A stretch of DNA of 63,302 bases, the filler included, from Octopus bimaculoides (taxonomy: Eukaryota): the NCBI RefSeq assembly GCF_001194135.2. It is 6 parts of 5 records of this genome, joined end to end, with 100 filler letters (N's around TTAATTAATTAA, not from the genome) between each part and the next. Parts side by side here need not be neighbours in the genome. Positions count along the whole stretch, not along the records: positions 1 to 14,041 come from NC_068988.1; 5 more parts are not named here. One strand, 5' to 3'. The translations under genes and the position numbers were made by a program. Below are positions 1 to 13,694 of this stretch, one piece after another; position 1 is the stretch's first letter; each line of letters opens with the position of its first letter. Below the pieces are notes generated by a model. That model made no database searches. It saw only the letters and a list, made by a program, of their open reading frames with translations, and had not been told where the DNA came from.

Positions 1-668
1 ATATATATATATATAACAACAAGGGTGAAAACTTCAGACTCCTGAACTTTGGTTTAGATGTAGCAATGGTGTAACGAAGGAGGTTATTATTTTAGCTATA
101 GAATGACTGTGCCGGCTACAATACCACTTTATTAGTCCGCTTTATTGAAGCATTCTCTAAGCACTACTGCAAGAACATAAAAAAGAATAATAGTTGTAAA
201 CCCGATATTTATGAAGTAGCATTATGTTAAAACTCAAAGAAAATCTTCTCCGGAAAATTAAAAGGATTCAATGTGCGGGAAAACTAAACATTTTACTGGG
301 CACTAGCATACTTCATGTTGTAACCTAAGAAATGCTTATTAATTAAGATTAAATCCTTAATAATGTGAGCAATTCGAATCTAAATGGCTAATTCTAGCAA
401 ACCAAACCTCGGAGGAGATAACAACTAAATTTTAATTAACTAATTAATTAAGACTTGAATCTTTAGTGATGAGACAAACTATTATGTTAATAAATGACTC
501 TGTTCTCTTTTTTGTTCCCACAATGTGGAGATAAAGTCAACACTGTTATTAATTACAATTATACAAACGTTGGGCTTATGCCCAGTATAAATATAGGAAG
601 ATAAATGTTTAATTCAGGACTTTATCCACAATAAAAGAGTGTATGTATTCAATACTAACAAAAATAAG

Positions 669-740
<72 letters not shown>

Positions 741-755
741 GTAATAATAATAATA
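669..755 (+). repeat. (AAT)n microsatellite
   Basis: Direct reading; similar tracts at about 33750-33805, 35941-36145 and 38860-38905. Confidence 0.95.
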
Positions 756-1578
756 CCACAGCAAACCACTCGGTAGTGAAGTGAAAGCACGTTATAAAAA
801 TAAAACTACTGAACAATAATAATAATAACCACTATGCAAAGTTGAAGATGTAAACGGATTAAGTGATATGGGTTTTTCATCAAACAGTAGATTTTTTTTA
901 TCTTAGTCCTTCCCAGCGAAACCTAAACAGGTCTTAAATGACCGAGAAGTATATAGGAAACATTTTGTTATATATGAAAGGTATGACAGTGTAAACAAGC
1001 TCAGGTTCAACTGCTGTATGAGAACTTAATAGAAAAGTTGATATCAGCATCCATTCAAAGAGTTAGTCGATCCAGATGGCCAGTAGCTCAATAAGAACAA
1101 TTAAATTGTGTAGCTGTACGATTTGAAATAATTAGCAGCTAAATTACTCACGAACCATAGTTTAGCACCATAAATACGCAATTGTATTGGTGAGTATTTC
1201 TGTGTGCTTGTGTCACAACTTCCGTGTTATGTTTCTCTTTATGTGCAAGAATTAGTTGTTCAGCAGAGAGGTTCGATGAAATAAGTATAAAGATCGAAGT
1301 AAGTACTAGTGTAGTTATATTTGACTAAAACCTTCAAAGTAGGCAGGTGCGATACCTTCTTAATCCTTTTTGTCCCTTGAGGAGCATCATTGAGAATAGG
1401 AAAGCCCATACGCTAGATATGTTAGATATGTATAGCATACCGGCAGTTGAGGATCTGACTTCTAGGAAGTCCGTGTTAACTACTGGCTTTCTACTAAGCT
1501 AGGGCATATGCTTGCAAACAATCGCTGAATATAGGAGAGGTGCGATATACTCAGTGCATAACAAGATATATATAGATA

Positions 1579-1811
1579 CAGTAATCCCTTACCATATCGC
1601 GGTTCGCCTATCACGGTTCACCTATCGCTGTATATTGTTTAAGCTTACGTCGATTCCTCCGTGGTGTTGTTTTGCATTTAGGATGAAATAAAAAATACAC
1701 ATTATAAAATAAAAATAATATATTCAGTACAGTATTGCTTCTACTTCGCGGATTTTCACCTATTGCGCGGGGTTTTGGAATGTAACATCCGTGATAGTCG
1801 AGGGATTACTG
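1579..1811. mobile_element. Tigger/pogo-type MITE
   Basis: TA|CAGTAATCCCT... left TIR and ...AGGGATTACTG|TA right TIR; TA duplication on both sides. Confidence 0.85.
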
Positions 1812-1995
1812 TACGTACATACACACACATACATACATACATACATACATACATACATACATACATACATACATACATACGTACATACATATAAGAACAA
1901 ACAATTAAAAACCACAGTAAAAAAAGAAAAAAAATGAACGTGAGCATGACGTGCATAAGAAATATATTAATTTAACGCACGGTGAAAGGAGGGAG

Positions 1996-2576
1996 TTTTG
2001 TTTTTTCTGTTTGTTTCAGTCATTTGACTGCGGCCATGCTGGAGCACCGCCAATAGTCGATCAAATTTACCCCAGGACTTATTCTTCATAAGCCTAGTAC
2101 TTATTCTATCGGTCTCTCTTGCCGAACCGCTAAGTTACAGAGAATAAACCACACCAGCATCGGTTGTCAAGCTATGTTGGGGGGACAAACACAGACACAC
2201 AAACATATACATGTACATACATATATANNNNNNNNNNNNNNNNNNNNNNNNNNNNNNNNNNNNNNNNNNNNNNNNNNNNNNNNNNNNNNNNNNNNNNNNN
2301 NNNNNNNNNNNNNNNNNNNNNNNNNNNNNNNNNNNNNNNNNNNNNNNNNNNNNNNNNNNNNNNNNNNNNNNNNNNNNNNNNNNNNNNNNNNNNNNNNNNN
2401 NNNNNNNNNNNNNNNNNNNNNNNNNGCTTCTTTCAGTTTCCGTCTACCAAATCCATTCACAAGGCTTTGGTCAGTCCGAGGCAATAGTAGAAGACACTTG
2501 CCCAAGGTGCTACGCAGTGGGACTGAACCCTAGAACCATGTGGTTGGTAAGTAATCTACTTACCACACAGCCACTC
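1996..2576 (-). mobile_element. SINE family A (tRNA-like head, internal microsatellite)
   Basis: Near-identical to copies at 18335-18728 (-) and 37277-37706 (+). Confidence 0.9.
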
Positions 2577-3189
2577 TTAGCTCTTTGTCGGAAAGAGAAA
2601 AGTCCAAAGAGAAAGAAAGAAGAATAAGTGAAAATCGCCAACAATTCATGTGCGGTTACATTATATATGTACTGCTGTTCCTTAAAGGTAAGACCAACAA
2701 AGAAAAATACTCCATCCAGTGAGAGATAAATGTCATTTAATGCATTCTGTATAAAGATAAAGGCAGGTTTTTTTGCATCTCTATATGGCTGGGCATCTTG
2801 TGTCTCCAAGTATTCTTCAAACTACGAGTTTTTTTCTTTCTTTTCTCTGATTTTATTCAACCATAAGATTTTTTCCATCAACCTTCTTCGCGTTTTTACT
2901 CGTGGTTTCTCATGTACCAGCACCCTAATTTTCAAATAAAATAGAACGTATAACCAGAGCCTTACGATTGCTTGGAGACAAGCCACTTGTCTTCATAGCA
3001 AGAAACTATTAGTAGCACTTATCTTTATACATTGTGCATTAAATTATATAATTTTCTATATATACACATATATACATGTGTGTGTTTGTGTGTGTGTGTG
3101 TGTATGGTCTGTGTGTGTGTGTGTATGGTGTGTGTGTGTATGGTGTGTGTGTGTGTGTGNNNNNNNNNNNNNNNNNNNNNNNNNNNNNN

Positions 3190-3228
<39 letters not shown>

Positions 3229-3759
3229 AGAGAAAGAGACACACAGACTGAGACAGAGGCAGAGACAAAGAGTGACAGATATAATAGTCATATACAAACG
3301 CCAGAAAACCTAATTTTATAAGGATTCATTCAGTGCAGCTGTTGCATGGGAAAGTTGTAGCTGCTCTTTGAGGATTTATGCGCACTCAGACAAGCACCCG
3401 CTTCACATACATGCACCTAACGTATACTCGTGAACATGCAAATAAAAACATATGTTCCCGGTCAGACATCTTCATGCTAAGACATACCTCACATATCTAA
3501 AACAGACACAAGAAACACAGAGCGTGCGTGTGTCTGTGTGTGTGCGCGTTTGTGTGTGAGCCAGTGTGAGTGAGTTAGTGCGTGCAAATGCGTAGGTGTA
3601 TTCTTGCTCTCTTTGTTCTTTGTGCATTTTGGGCGGAGGGTGTTTAATGCGAATTATCAGAGTCCCCTCAAATTTGGATAGAACGCTCCTCGGTAGTTTT
3701 TTCGAGATCTGAGTTCTAATCCTAGTTTCATCAACATGGCCTTTTGTCTTTTCGGTCTA

Positions 3760-4030
3760 AAAGACTACAGACTACATAAGTGAGCTCGTCAAGCGGTATT
3801 TCACAGGGACAATCGACCACAACCGAGGGTGGGGCGTTCTGAAGAGTTCAATTATGTAGGAGATAAGAGTGCTTAGGGAAAATGTAGTAAAAGAAAAAAA
3901 AGAATTAGACGGGGAGCTAGTTATCAACTTAGAAGAAACGCTTAGAACTGACATCGAGACCAACGTCTTAGCGGCAAGAATGAACTTTTCCCATAACTTC
4001 AACTCGAATCAGAAACATGAAGGAAGGAAA
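3760..4030 (+). mobile_element. Possible Tx1/L1-like ORF2 remnant
   Basis: DYISELVKRY...WGVLKSSIM*EIRVLRENVVKEKKELDGELVINLEE; no diagnostic catalytic motif. Confidence 0.3.
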
Positions 4031-5245
4031 GCATGAGATAAAGATAAAGGTATATACATATAAATGTGTATANNNNNNNNNNNNNNNNNNNNNNNNNNNN
4101 NNNNNNNNNNNNNNNNNNNNNNNNNNNNNNNNNNNNNNNNNNNNNNNNNNNNNNNNNNNNNNNNNNNNNNNNNNNNNNNNNNNNNNNNNNNNNNNNNNNN
4201 NNNNNNNNNNNNNNNNNNNNNNNNNNNNNNNNNNNNNNNNNNNNNNNNNTATACACACCCCATAGAGACATGTATATACATATATACACACTATCTCACG
4301 CAAACAGACATCACATACTCACACGGAGTGGTTCAGAGATTAATGTTTGTACCATATATTTCCTAGATCGGAGCTGATTTATAACTACAAAACCACAACA
4401 GTAATGGTTCGACAGTTCTTACGGATTGTTTTTGTTTTTAAATAAATTTAGTACGTTATAACTATTATGATTATCGGAACTGAGAACACTATATCTCCAT
4501 ATTTGAAAATAGTTATGAATAAACCAGTATAATATTGTTTGTGTATCTCTTGTATCAAAGTTTCCATCAGTAAATTTGTTACGTAAATTAAATTGGACCA
4601 ACAAACATTGTTTGAACAGCACAATATCATGTCATACCATTATACTGTACAGAAACAGAGGCGTTATGCTTTTCATATCAATTACAAACATCGGAGACAA
4701 ACACAACCGAAACAGAATAATGCAACCGAAAACACAATCTTCTGCTATCCATCTTCACAGTTGCAGTTGTGGCTATTCGTGTAAATTTGTTCGCTACGTT
4801 ACTACTAAATTTAGGTTCGATACCAATGTGCAGAGTAAGAGTTTTCTCCTGCATCCTCAGTTGAGGTTGAATTTAAATTTCACGTTGTCGGGGAGATAAA
4901 ATCGAAGGACGCAATAGCCTTTTTTGAATTGACCATGCCCCTCACCCAAAATATTGTTGAGCTTCTGCAGACTTATAATTAAAATACTGTTATGGCTTAC
5001 TCGAAAGAAGAATGGTAGTGCACAGAAGTACTTTTAGTGTCTCCAAGACTAGTGAGAGAAAATTAACACCCTCATCAGAGTGACCCACAGTAAAAGCTTT
5101 GGAGAATCAGATGAAAGCAATGTAGGTGTTAAACCTGATGACAGCTAAGTCAAAAGTCCAGCAACAGAGAAGGTTCTTTCGAAAACACAGAACAACCAAT
5201 ATGCTCAGTTTTAACTAGTATGTACAAACATTAAATATCCTATAG

Positions 5246-5358
5246 ATCACTACTATTAAAAAACTGTATGATACAGAGGGAATTCCTACGCCAATGAATC
5301 GCTGGGCAGAAGAAATGCGAACTTCGAGCGACGCTGATGGAGATATCTATCTCAGTAG
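5246..5358 (+). other. Isolated candidate exon (ITTIKKLYDTEGIPTPMNRWAEEMRTSSDADGDIYLS)
   Basis: cctatag| ... AG|gtactt; open, protein-like, GC-richer than flanks; no partner exon found. Confidence 0.25.
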
Positions 5359-5629
5359 GTACTTGCATCAGTGTGATTTTTATTTTATCGTTACTTCTTA
5401 CCATCACAATAGATTTGTTTTTCGGGTAGATTGTAATCATGAGCTATATCGATAGATGACGTGACAGAAACAAGAATGCATTTTGACTGATAGATTAGAG
5501 CCCAAAATATTGAGATGGACACATCTTGATGCAGTTATGAAGGGAGATAGTTAGATAGGCAGACATAAAGACAGAAGGACAACAGACACACAAGCAGGCA
5601 GACAGACACTCAGACAGATAGATAGATAG

Positions 5630-5673
<44 letters not shown>

Positions 5674-5924
5674 CGTGTATGCCAGATTGGAAGAGCACCT
5701 GCTCTGATATCAAATCGAACGACATTTTTAGCAAGCGTTTAACATTTCAATTTCAATAAGAACACTGAGAGAAAGAGATGGGCAGAGGGAGAGGGGGGAG
5801 AGAGACTGACAGACAGACAGGTAGAGGGAGAGAGACAAAGAGAAAAAAAGAAAGAAACAAAGAGAGTCTAGCGTTTGCAATGTTGCATACCTTGCTGTTT
5901 TCTATTTGATTTTGCTCGTTTCCG

Positions 5925-6163
5925 TATTCTTATTTCTTTACTGCCCACAAGGAGCTACACACAGAGGAGACAAACAAGATCAAACAAAGGGATTAAGTCG
6001 ATTATATCGACCCCAGTGCGTAACTGGTACTTATTTAATCGACCCCGAAAGGATGAAAGGCAAAGTTGACCTCGGCGGAATTTGAACTCAGAACGTAAAG
6101 ACAGACGAAATACCGCTAAGCATTTCGCCTGGCGTGCTAACGTTTCTGCCAGCTCGCCGCCTT
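5925..6163 (-). mobile_element. SINE family B
   Basis: Reverse complement begins aaggcggcgagctggcagaaacgttagc, as at 35141. Confidence 0.88.
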
Positions 6164-7068
6164 GTTTCCGTATTCTGACAGATGCACACATCAAATTCAA
6201 CACCACATGCATCTCACCAGCTACGCCGAAAGTTCATATGCAACTGAACGTAGATTAAACCCAAATCTAATTGACTAGCAACAATATACGCTGAAATATT
6301 CACCTCACACTGATACGACAGTTGCAGTGTACTTGCAATACATTGGTCTCAGTATGTATGCGTTTTTTGCACGTATATATACATATATAGAGATAGATAG
6401 ATATACATAAACCCATTGTGCATGTATATATATATATATATATATTTATAAAAAAGAAGTTTGAAAACGCCAATATATAAAAAATGAATTTTAATTTAAA
6501 ATTTTTTCAGAGATATTTTTAACATGTTTCAGTTCTTGTAAAAACGAACCTTATCAAAAATACATATTTAAAAAATGAAATTAAATGAAGAGTTTATAAT
6601 TGTTCCTTACTGGTGTCAATAGTCCACGTGGGGGCCTTTTTTGTTGGTTGTAGTAAGTAGTAGTAGTGACCCTATGTATATATATATAGCTACTTCTCCC
6701 TTTCTATAACTTAACGTTCACTCTGATACTGCTAACTACTTCCCTTAATTCAATACCTGAACCGTCGTACACTCTGCTGACCTCGCTTAATTACACTCAC
6801 AGCAGCACAATAAAACTCCCATCGTTTATATCACAGCATTATTTTCTGTTTCACTTCATTCTCATGGCCCTTATTTATCTGTTTATATACTCTCTATCTT
6901 TTCATATATGCCGTGTTCACACGTACGCAATCTGTCGCTTTCTAATGTCTTAAAATGATGTTCCTGCACCGACATTTCAAACGTCAGTCCATCTTGCATC
7001 CTTTCAGGGTGGCTAAATGAGTATCAGTCCATAACTGGGGTGAATTCTTTCCTCACTCCTCCTCTCTT

Positions 7069-7110
<42 letters not shown>

Positions 7111-7876
7111 TTTTTTTAGTTCTGGTACACATTGTGAGTTTTCGACAGGTTAATTGTACTAATGGCGATGCATTTGTGTGTGTGTGTGTGTATGAGTACT
7201 CGTGCATGTGAGTACAGATTTCTCTGTGTGTATGTATGTGTGCACGCATGTGTGTGTGCATGTGTGTGTGTGTGCATGTATCAGTCCGTCCGTGTCTATG
7301 TGTGTAATGCTAAGTCGTTAATTCAAGTGTAGGAATTCAGTTCACCAAGGAATAAAAATTCTCATCGTTGTGGTTAACGGTTGATCCACTGTCATAGGTG
7401 CGAGTGGTCAATTGTAGAACTGTAACATAAAGCAACAGGTAAAATATACTACTGTATTTTGTAAAACTCTTTTAGGTTCGGATCCCGCTGAATTCGAATT
7501 TGATTTCATATTCCAAGCGTAGAAGAATGTATATACTGGTTTGATTCTGTACTCAATATGATTAACTATGTGCCTTTCAAAATTCTATGTTGAAACCAAT
7601 ATTAGAAAGCAATATTATAAATGACACCCCACAAAATACTTTATAATATTTATGTACTTCAGTTCCTTGTTATTATTCCAACTGGAAACAACACTGATTT
7701 ACTCATTTAGAAAAAGATATAAGGAACAAGGAAGTACTCTGAATGACCAATTTAATTGCTAACATCACACCTTCCAAATTTGGGCTGGAGGGCCTATGAC
7801 AAAATATGACCTTCGCAGCTTTAACCACGGATACTACGATAAACCGCACGCTAGAGCAGCACCGAATCTTTATTAT

Positions 7877-8660
7877 TGTAAGTGCACCTAAGGCGGCGAG
7901 CTGGTAGCACGCCAGGTGAAGTGCTTAGCGGCATTTCGTCCGTCTTTACGTACTGAGTTCAAATTCCGACGTGGTCGACTTTGCCTTTCATCCTTTTGGG
8001 GTCGATAAAATAAGTACCAGTTATGTACTTGGGTCGATGTAATCGACTAGCCGTAGCCCCAACCTCCAAATTTCTGGCCTTGCGCCTATGGTAGAAAGTG
8101 CACTTTAAGGCATCGAGCTAGCAGAATCATTAGCACACCGGATAAATTGTATAGTAGGATTTCGTCCGCTTTTACGTTCTGAGTTCAAGTTTTGCCGTGG
8201 TCTACCTTGCCTTTTATCCTTGCGGGGTCGGTAAATTAAGTACCAGTTGAGCATTGTGGTCAACGTAATCCACTAATCCTCTCGACTAAGATATTATCAT
8301 TTTGCTTATAGTAGAAAGGATTATAAGTGCACCTTAAGGCTGTGAACTGTCAGAATATTTAGCACACTGGACAAAATGTTTAGCGGCATTTCCTCTGACT
8401 CTAATTACACTGAGGACTACTTTGCCTTTCATCCTTTCAGAGTCGATAAAATAGATATCAGTTGAGATACGGGTCCGATGTCATCGACTTACCCACTTCT
8501 ATAAATTTACAGGCCTTATCTCTATGGTAGAATGAATTATAAATGCGCCAAAATGGATTGAGTGCTGTTTAAAATATCTTACAGTAATTAGTTAAAGCTC
8601 TTTACATTCTGAGTCCAAATGCGGCTGAGGTCAGCTATGTTTTCTACTTTCGGAGATGAA
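7877..8660 (+). mobile_element. Tandem array of 3-4 SINE family B copies
   Basis: Units start near 7877, 8096, 8323 and 8538; the first three start with aagtgcac(c/t)..aaggc, the fourth is degenerate. Confidence 0.85.
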
Positions 8661-11169
8661 ATGCTGGTTCGATTTAATCAAGTAATTCCTCTCCACAGTT
8701 TTGTAGCTTACGCTAGAAATTATTATATCTGGCGGTAGATTAGCATGATCTTTGGGACTTCGGTGAAAATTCTTTACCGTGTTATTCACGACACTGTACA
8801 TTCTGAGTACAAAACTCGCCGATATCAACATTGCTCTCCATCAAACCAGAGACAATAAAAGAATGTACCAGAAAAGAATTGTATTGCGATGCAATCGGCT
8901 AACACTCCGTTGTAATTTCCAGACATTGTACTTAAGTTTAAATTAATTCTAATGTTACAAGCAATTTTCACTAGAGAATATAGAACAAATAGTACAGCGG
9001 ACCAAAGGCCTAGCAGCATTTTACGACTCCATATTTTTTAAGTTCAATCCACACCTTCAGAATCAATTTTTACCTTTATTTGTTCAGTTTAGATTGTTTG
9101 TCCAAATTAATCACTTTCCTTATTCCATTTACTTTCCGTGTTTAGATCCCATCGGAATAGATATCAGTCCAAGTAATTGGGTGGTACATGGGTTAGATTT
9201 AGTCCTCAGCATTCCACCCCGCTAATTTCGTGGCCCCGTGCCAATATTAGGAATCAATAACATCACATGCATATAGTCATTTCTGTTTCTGTCTTTGAAC
9301 GATTCAACTTATTCCAAGTTTTCCATACTTCCATGATTATTATATCAATTGATTTTCTCTCTCTCTCTCTCTCTCTTTCTATCTATCTATCTATCTATTT
9401 TTCTCTCTCTGTTTTTCTGTCTCTCCCTCTCTCCCCCTCCTTCTCTCCACTGGATTCGTCCAACAGGCGTCTGGCATATGAAGAAACATTGCAATGCAGT
9501 CGTTTCATTTAAATTTGTTATTGTATGTTACTGTTGTTGCTGTTGTTGTTGATTTCTTTGTCGCTAGTCATCAACAAAGTTCCTACCTTTGTTTTACCAT
9601 CCCTGACTGATACGCTGCCAATGTCGCAAATATTGGAAATATTTCTTTCAATTCTCTTACAACCTTATTTCCGTCTCTTATGATTTGATTTTGATCTGAT
9701 TTCATTTTTATACGCATATATTAATTGCATATCTATCTGTTCTTTTAATAGTTTGGCACTATCTTTTTCTTCTTCTAGACATTTCTATTTCCAGATCCGT
9801 AGTTCTCTTTTTCTTTTTTCTTCATCAAAGATGAAATGATTAAGCATTGTATAAATTGTCTTCATATTCTTCCAAGAAATTGCAACTGGCCGTGTCTGTG
9901 GAGAGTGCGAGATTATTGAAAGAAAGTGTCGGACTACCGGTTTACATCCTGTCACTGGTATTGTTTTTCTCTTTATGCCAACTTCAATTACTCTAGGATG
10001 ACTGGTGAAGTAGTGAGTGAATAGGTTCCATGAGTCCGTTCAGTTTTGCACTGAAAGCAGCTGGAGTAGTGTATCATTTAGTTTCCAACAATTATATGCT
10101 CGCAGTCACGAAATATTTATTTTGAATCTTTCTACGGCTGGATGACGGAACGATGATGACAATGACGATGATGACGTCGATTATGATGACGATTGTGATG
10201 ACAATGACGCCAGTGGTGGTGGTGGTGCCGCTGGTGGAGGTTGTGATGATGATGACAACGACGACGACGAGGATGATGATGATCATTGTGATGTGATGAG
10301 TGTACACCGACATAACAGTCAACCTGATTACGGAATTCAAGTTCTTGTTTTTTCTTTCATTTATTAATTTTTTTTTTTATTCAATTCATTCCGAAATTTC
10401 AGTTCCTTACATTTTCTTCCCATTTCCTGCTGTCATTTTTCTTTTATTCCTGCTGCCTTATTTCCGATAATACTTTCTTCTTTTTTCCAGTCTGCTTTCG
10501 TTCTCTNNNNNNNNNNNNNNNNNNNNNNNNNNNNNNNNNNNNNNNNNNNNNNNNNNNNNNNNNNNNNNNNNNNNNNNNNNNNNNNNNNNNNNNNNNNNNN
10601 NNNNNNNNNNNNNNNNNNNNNNNNNNNNNNNNNNNNNNNNNNNNNNTATGTACATTCATATATATGACTATATGTATGTATTTTCTTCATGTTTCAATTC
10701 CATTGTCTTGTTTTATCTTTATTTATTCGTCCATTTTTCACTCCACTCCTATTTATTGTCCTAATTTTACTCGATATTCCCCTCTCTATTGTATTGAATT
10801 TCCATTTTTCTTAGCCTTTCTATATCCTTTCCTTTTTATTTGGAGCCTTCTGATATTTCTTTCTTTCTTTTGTTCCTCCCTCAATTTCATTTCTTTGAAT
10901 TTTTTCCAGTTATTTCCAAGCCATTAAAAGTGTTCTTCCTGTTCTGATTCACTCACAGCCATACGAAAAGACAAGACAATGTCGCAGATAATGAAGTCTT
11001 GTATTACGGAAACACTTGTTAGTTACCTCATTCTTTGTGCGTCTTTTTTCTCCCTTTTCATTTCTTATTCATAATTATTGTGTCATTTCCATTTTTTATT
11101 ATGTTTCCTTTTCTTTGAATATTCTTTCTTTTGTCTTTTATCTTTTACTTGTTTTAGTCTTCAGACAGC

Positions 11170-11499
11170 AGTCATGTACATTAGTTGAATGTATCGACTT
11201 TAGTACCTATCTTTAAAGCTTGGTACTTATACTATCGGTCACTAAGTTACGGGGACGTAAACACACCAGCTCCAGTTGTCAAGAGGTGTAGGGGAAGATA
11301 CAGACACAAAGACACGCATGTATATACATATATACGACAGGTTTCATTCTGTTTCAGTCTACCAAATCAGTCCAAAAGACTTTGGTCGGCCCGAGGCTAT
11401 AGAAGAAGACACTTGCCCAAGATGCCACGTAATGGGACTGAAGCATGAACTATATGGTTGATAAGCAAGCTTCTTCCCCCCACAGCCACGCCTCTGCCT
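11170..11499 (-). mobile_element. SINE family A, diverged
   Basis: Shares the ggtcggcccgaggctatag..gacacttgcccaag core. Confidence 0.85.
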
Positions 11500-12219
11500 C
11501 GCCATGTTTTTATTTCATTTTTTCTTTCACTTTTAACATCACTATATGAGCCTAGTTTTCTTTAAAGATTTCGGTATTTTGCAAATACTCGGATGATATC
11601 TGAGAATAAATAGCTCAATACAAAGATGATTGAAATACTTTTGAAAAAGGGCCAAAAGGATCGTTGATAATTCGAAAAGCAGGATGATTTGAGGACCAGA
11701 AGNNNNNNNNNNNNNNNNNNNNNNNNNNNNNNNNNNNNNNNNNNNNNNNNNNNNNNNNNNNNNNNNNNNNNNNNNNNNNNNNNNNNNNNNNNNNNNNNNN
11801 NNNNNNNNNNNNNNNNNNNNNNNNNNNNNNNNNNNNNNNNNNNNNNNNNNNNNNNNNNNNNNNNNNNNNNNNNNNNNNNNNNNNNNNNNNNNNNNNNNNN
11901 NNNNNNNNNNNNNNNNNNNNNNNNNNNNNNNNNNNNNNNNNNNNNNNNNNNNNNNNNNNNNNNNNNNNNNNNNNNNNNNNNNNNNNNNNNNNNNNNNNNN
12001 NNNNNNNNNNNNNNNNNNNNNNNNNNNNNNNNNNNNNNNNNNNNNNNNNNNNNNNNNNNNNNNNNNNNNNNNNNNNNNNNNNNNNNNNNNNNNNNNNNNN
12101 NNNNNNNNNNNNNNNNNNNNNNNNNNNNNNNNNNNNNNNNNNNNNNNNNNNNNNNNNNNNNNNNNNNNNNNNNNNNNNNNNNNNNNNNNNNNNNNNNNNN
12201 NNATATATATATATATATA

Positions 12220-13491
12220 GGGGAGACAGGGTCTAGTTGTTACATTTGTTCATTTTTTTTTTTTTTTGCCTTGGCACTCACGTAAACGAACACAGCTGAA
12301 GTTTCTTTTCAGATTAGTAAAACATCCCTGTTTATTGTTATCACCAGCAAAAGACAGAAATTACATAGCATTAATTAGACAGGTTCTAATTAATGATGTG
12401 GTGTCAGCTGTAACAATTTTCCCCGAGTGCGGGGTATGTTGTGACACTTACTGGAGTACTTTGTTACAACTGTCGATAACTCGGAATTATGTTAACAAAC
12501 AAGTTTAAAATGAATACGTCTCTTGCTTCTTGCATCAAGGAAGTATTATTTTCATTAATTAACTGTGCTTTGAACCACCTCATATACTAACTGTGATACT
12601 GAGAGTCCTCATAAGCCAGTTTCCCCATTGTTACATTGCCATCTAGTCGGAATCGTCCTCCATTAACTTTTCACCAAATAGATCACACAGAAAGTCCTGT
12701 CGTCCATCGGTACAGTCAGTGTGTGCCCAGTCGTTACAGATCATGCATTGCACCCATTCTTCACCTGGAAGGGAGTTGGAATACCAATCTGAGCAGACAA
12801 GGCATTTCCAATCGGCGACTTGCTTGATGCGAGGCTGCTTCCTTTTGCCTTTACCTCTTTTAGTTGAATTACTCTTCCCCTTTGTTGCCTTTTCTGCACC
12901 AGTTGCCTGCTTTGATTTGGATTTTCATGCGTTTATTTCATCCACTATGCGCTGTTTTACGGGGATTAGGGTTAGAATGGCTGTTTGGCACCTCTTGCGA
13001 CTTCCACGACCTCGACCTGTCTTCCTTAATGGGTACAACATCTCTGGCCCTGTAACAACACCAGCAGAAAAATTTGGGCCTGGTGTAGGTGCCTGGAGTT
13101 AGTTGATACACTGTAACAATTAGCCCCAAACATGGATTTCTGGGGAATACCTCGTACACAGCAATTGCAATGCATGGCATCCAGTACACGCCTTCGTGTA
13201 TCGAAGGCAACTTCCAACACTTCCTAATAAGCCACAAACTACTTCAGTAACACCACTTGTGCTTTAGTAGTTAAGGAAATAACTTTGTGACAAAATTTCA
13301 CTTTTGGAATAAAAAATCGTTTTTTGAGCCATACCTTTCCTGGTGACAGCCCACTAGTGCAATACACATGTGCATTCATGATGCTATGGAGTTGGCCTTC
13401 ACGAGGTAGAGACCCAAGTGACACCTATTTCTTGAAGTTGGAAACAATGGGCTTATAACAGCTTACCCGTGTAACAACTAGACCCGGTCTC

Positions 13492-13494
<3 letters not shown>
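12220..13494 (-). mobile_element. pogo/Tigger-like DNA transposon deletion derivative with transposase C-terminus and PHD-finger remnant
   Basis: 25-bp TIRs GGGGAGAC(A/C)GGGTCTAGTTGTTACA (1 mismatch) flanked by TA. Minus frame reads RKRCQTAILTLIPVK...*...WKCLVCSDWYSNSLPGEEWVQCMICNDWAHTDCTDGRQDFLCDLF. Confidence 0.88.
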
Positions 13495-13524
<30 letters not shown>

Positions 13525-13529
<5 letters not shown>

Positions 13530-13694
13530 GATGGTCTTTTTTTCAGTTTCTGTCTAACAAATCCACACACAAACTTCTCGTTCGCCGGAGGCTGTTGTAG
13601 AAGATACTTTTCCGAGGAGCCACGCAATGGCACTAAACCCGGAACTATGTGGTTGGGAAGCAAGCTTTTTACCATACAGTCACGTCTGCGCCTA
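13525..13694 (-). mobile_element. SINE family A, 5' half
   Basis: Head and core match the other copies. Confidence 0.8.

Noticed and set aside
2581-2687. Plus-strand open segment ending in AAG|gtaag
   Set aside because: The acceptor is supplied by a SINE end, the sequence is low-complexity, and no partner exon was found.
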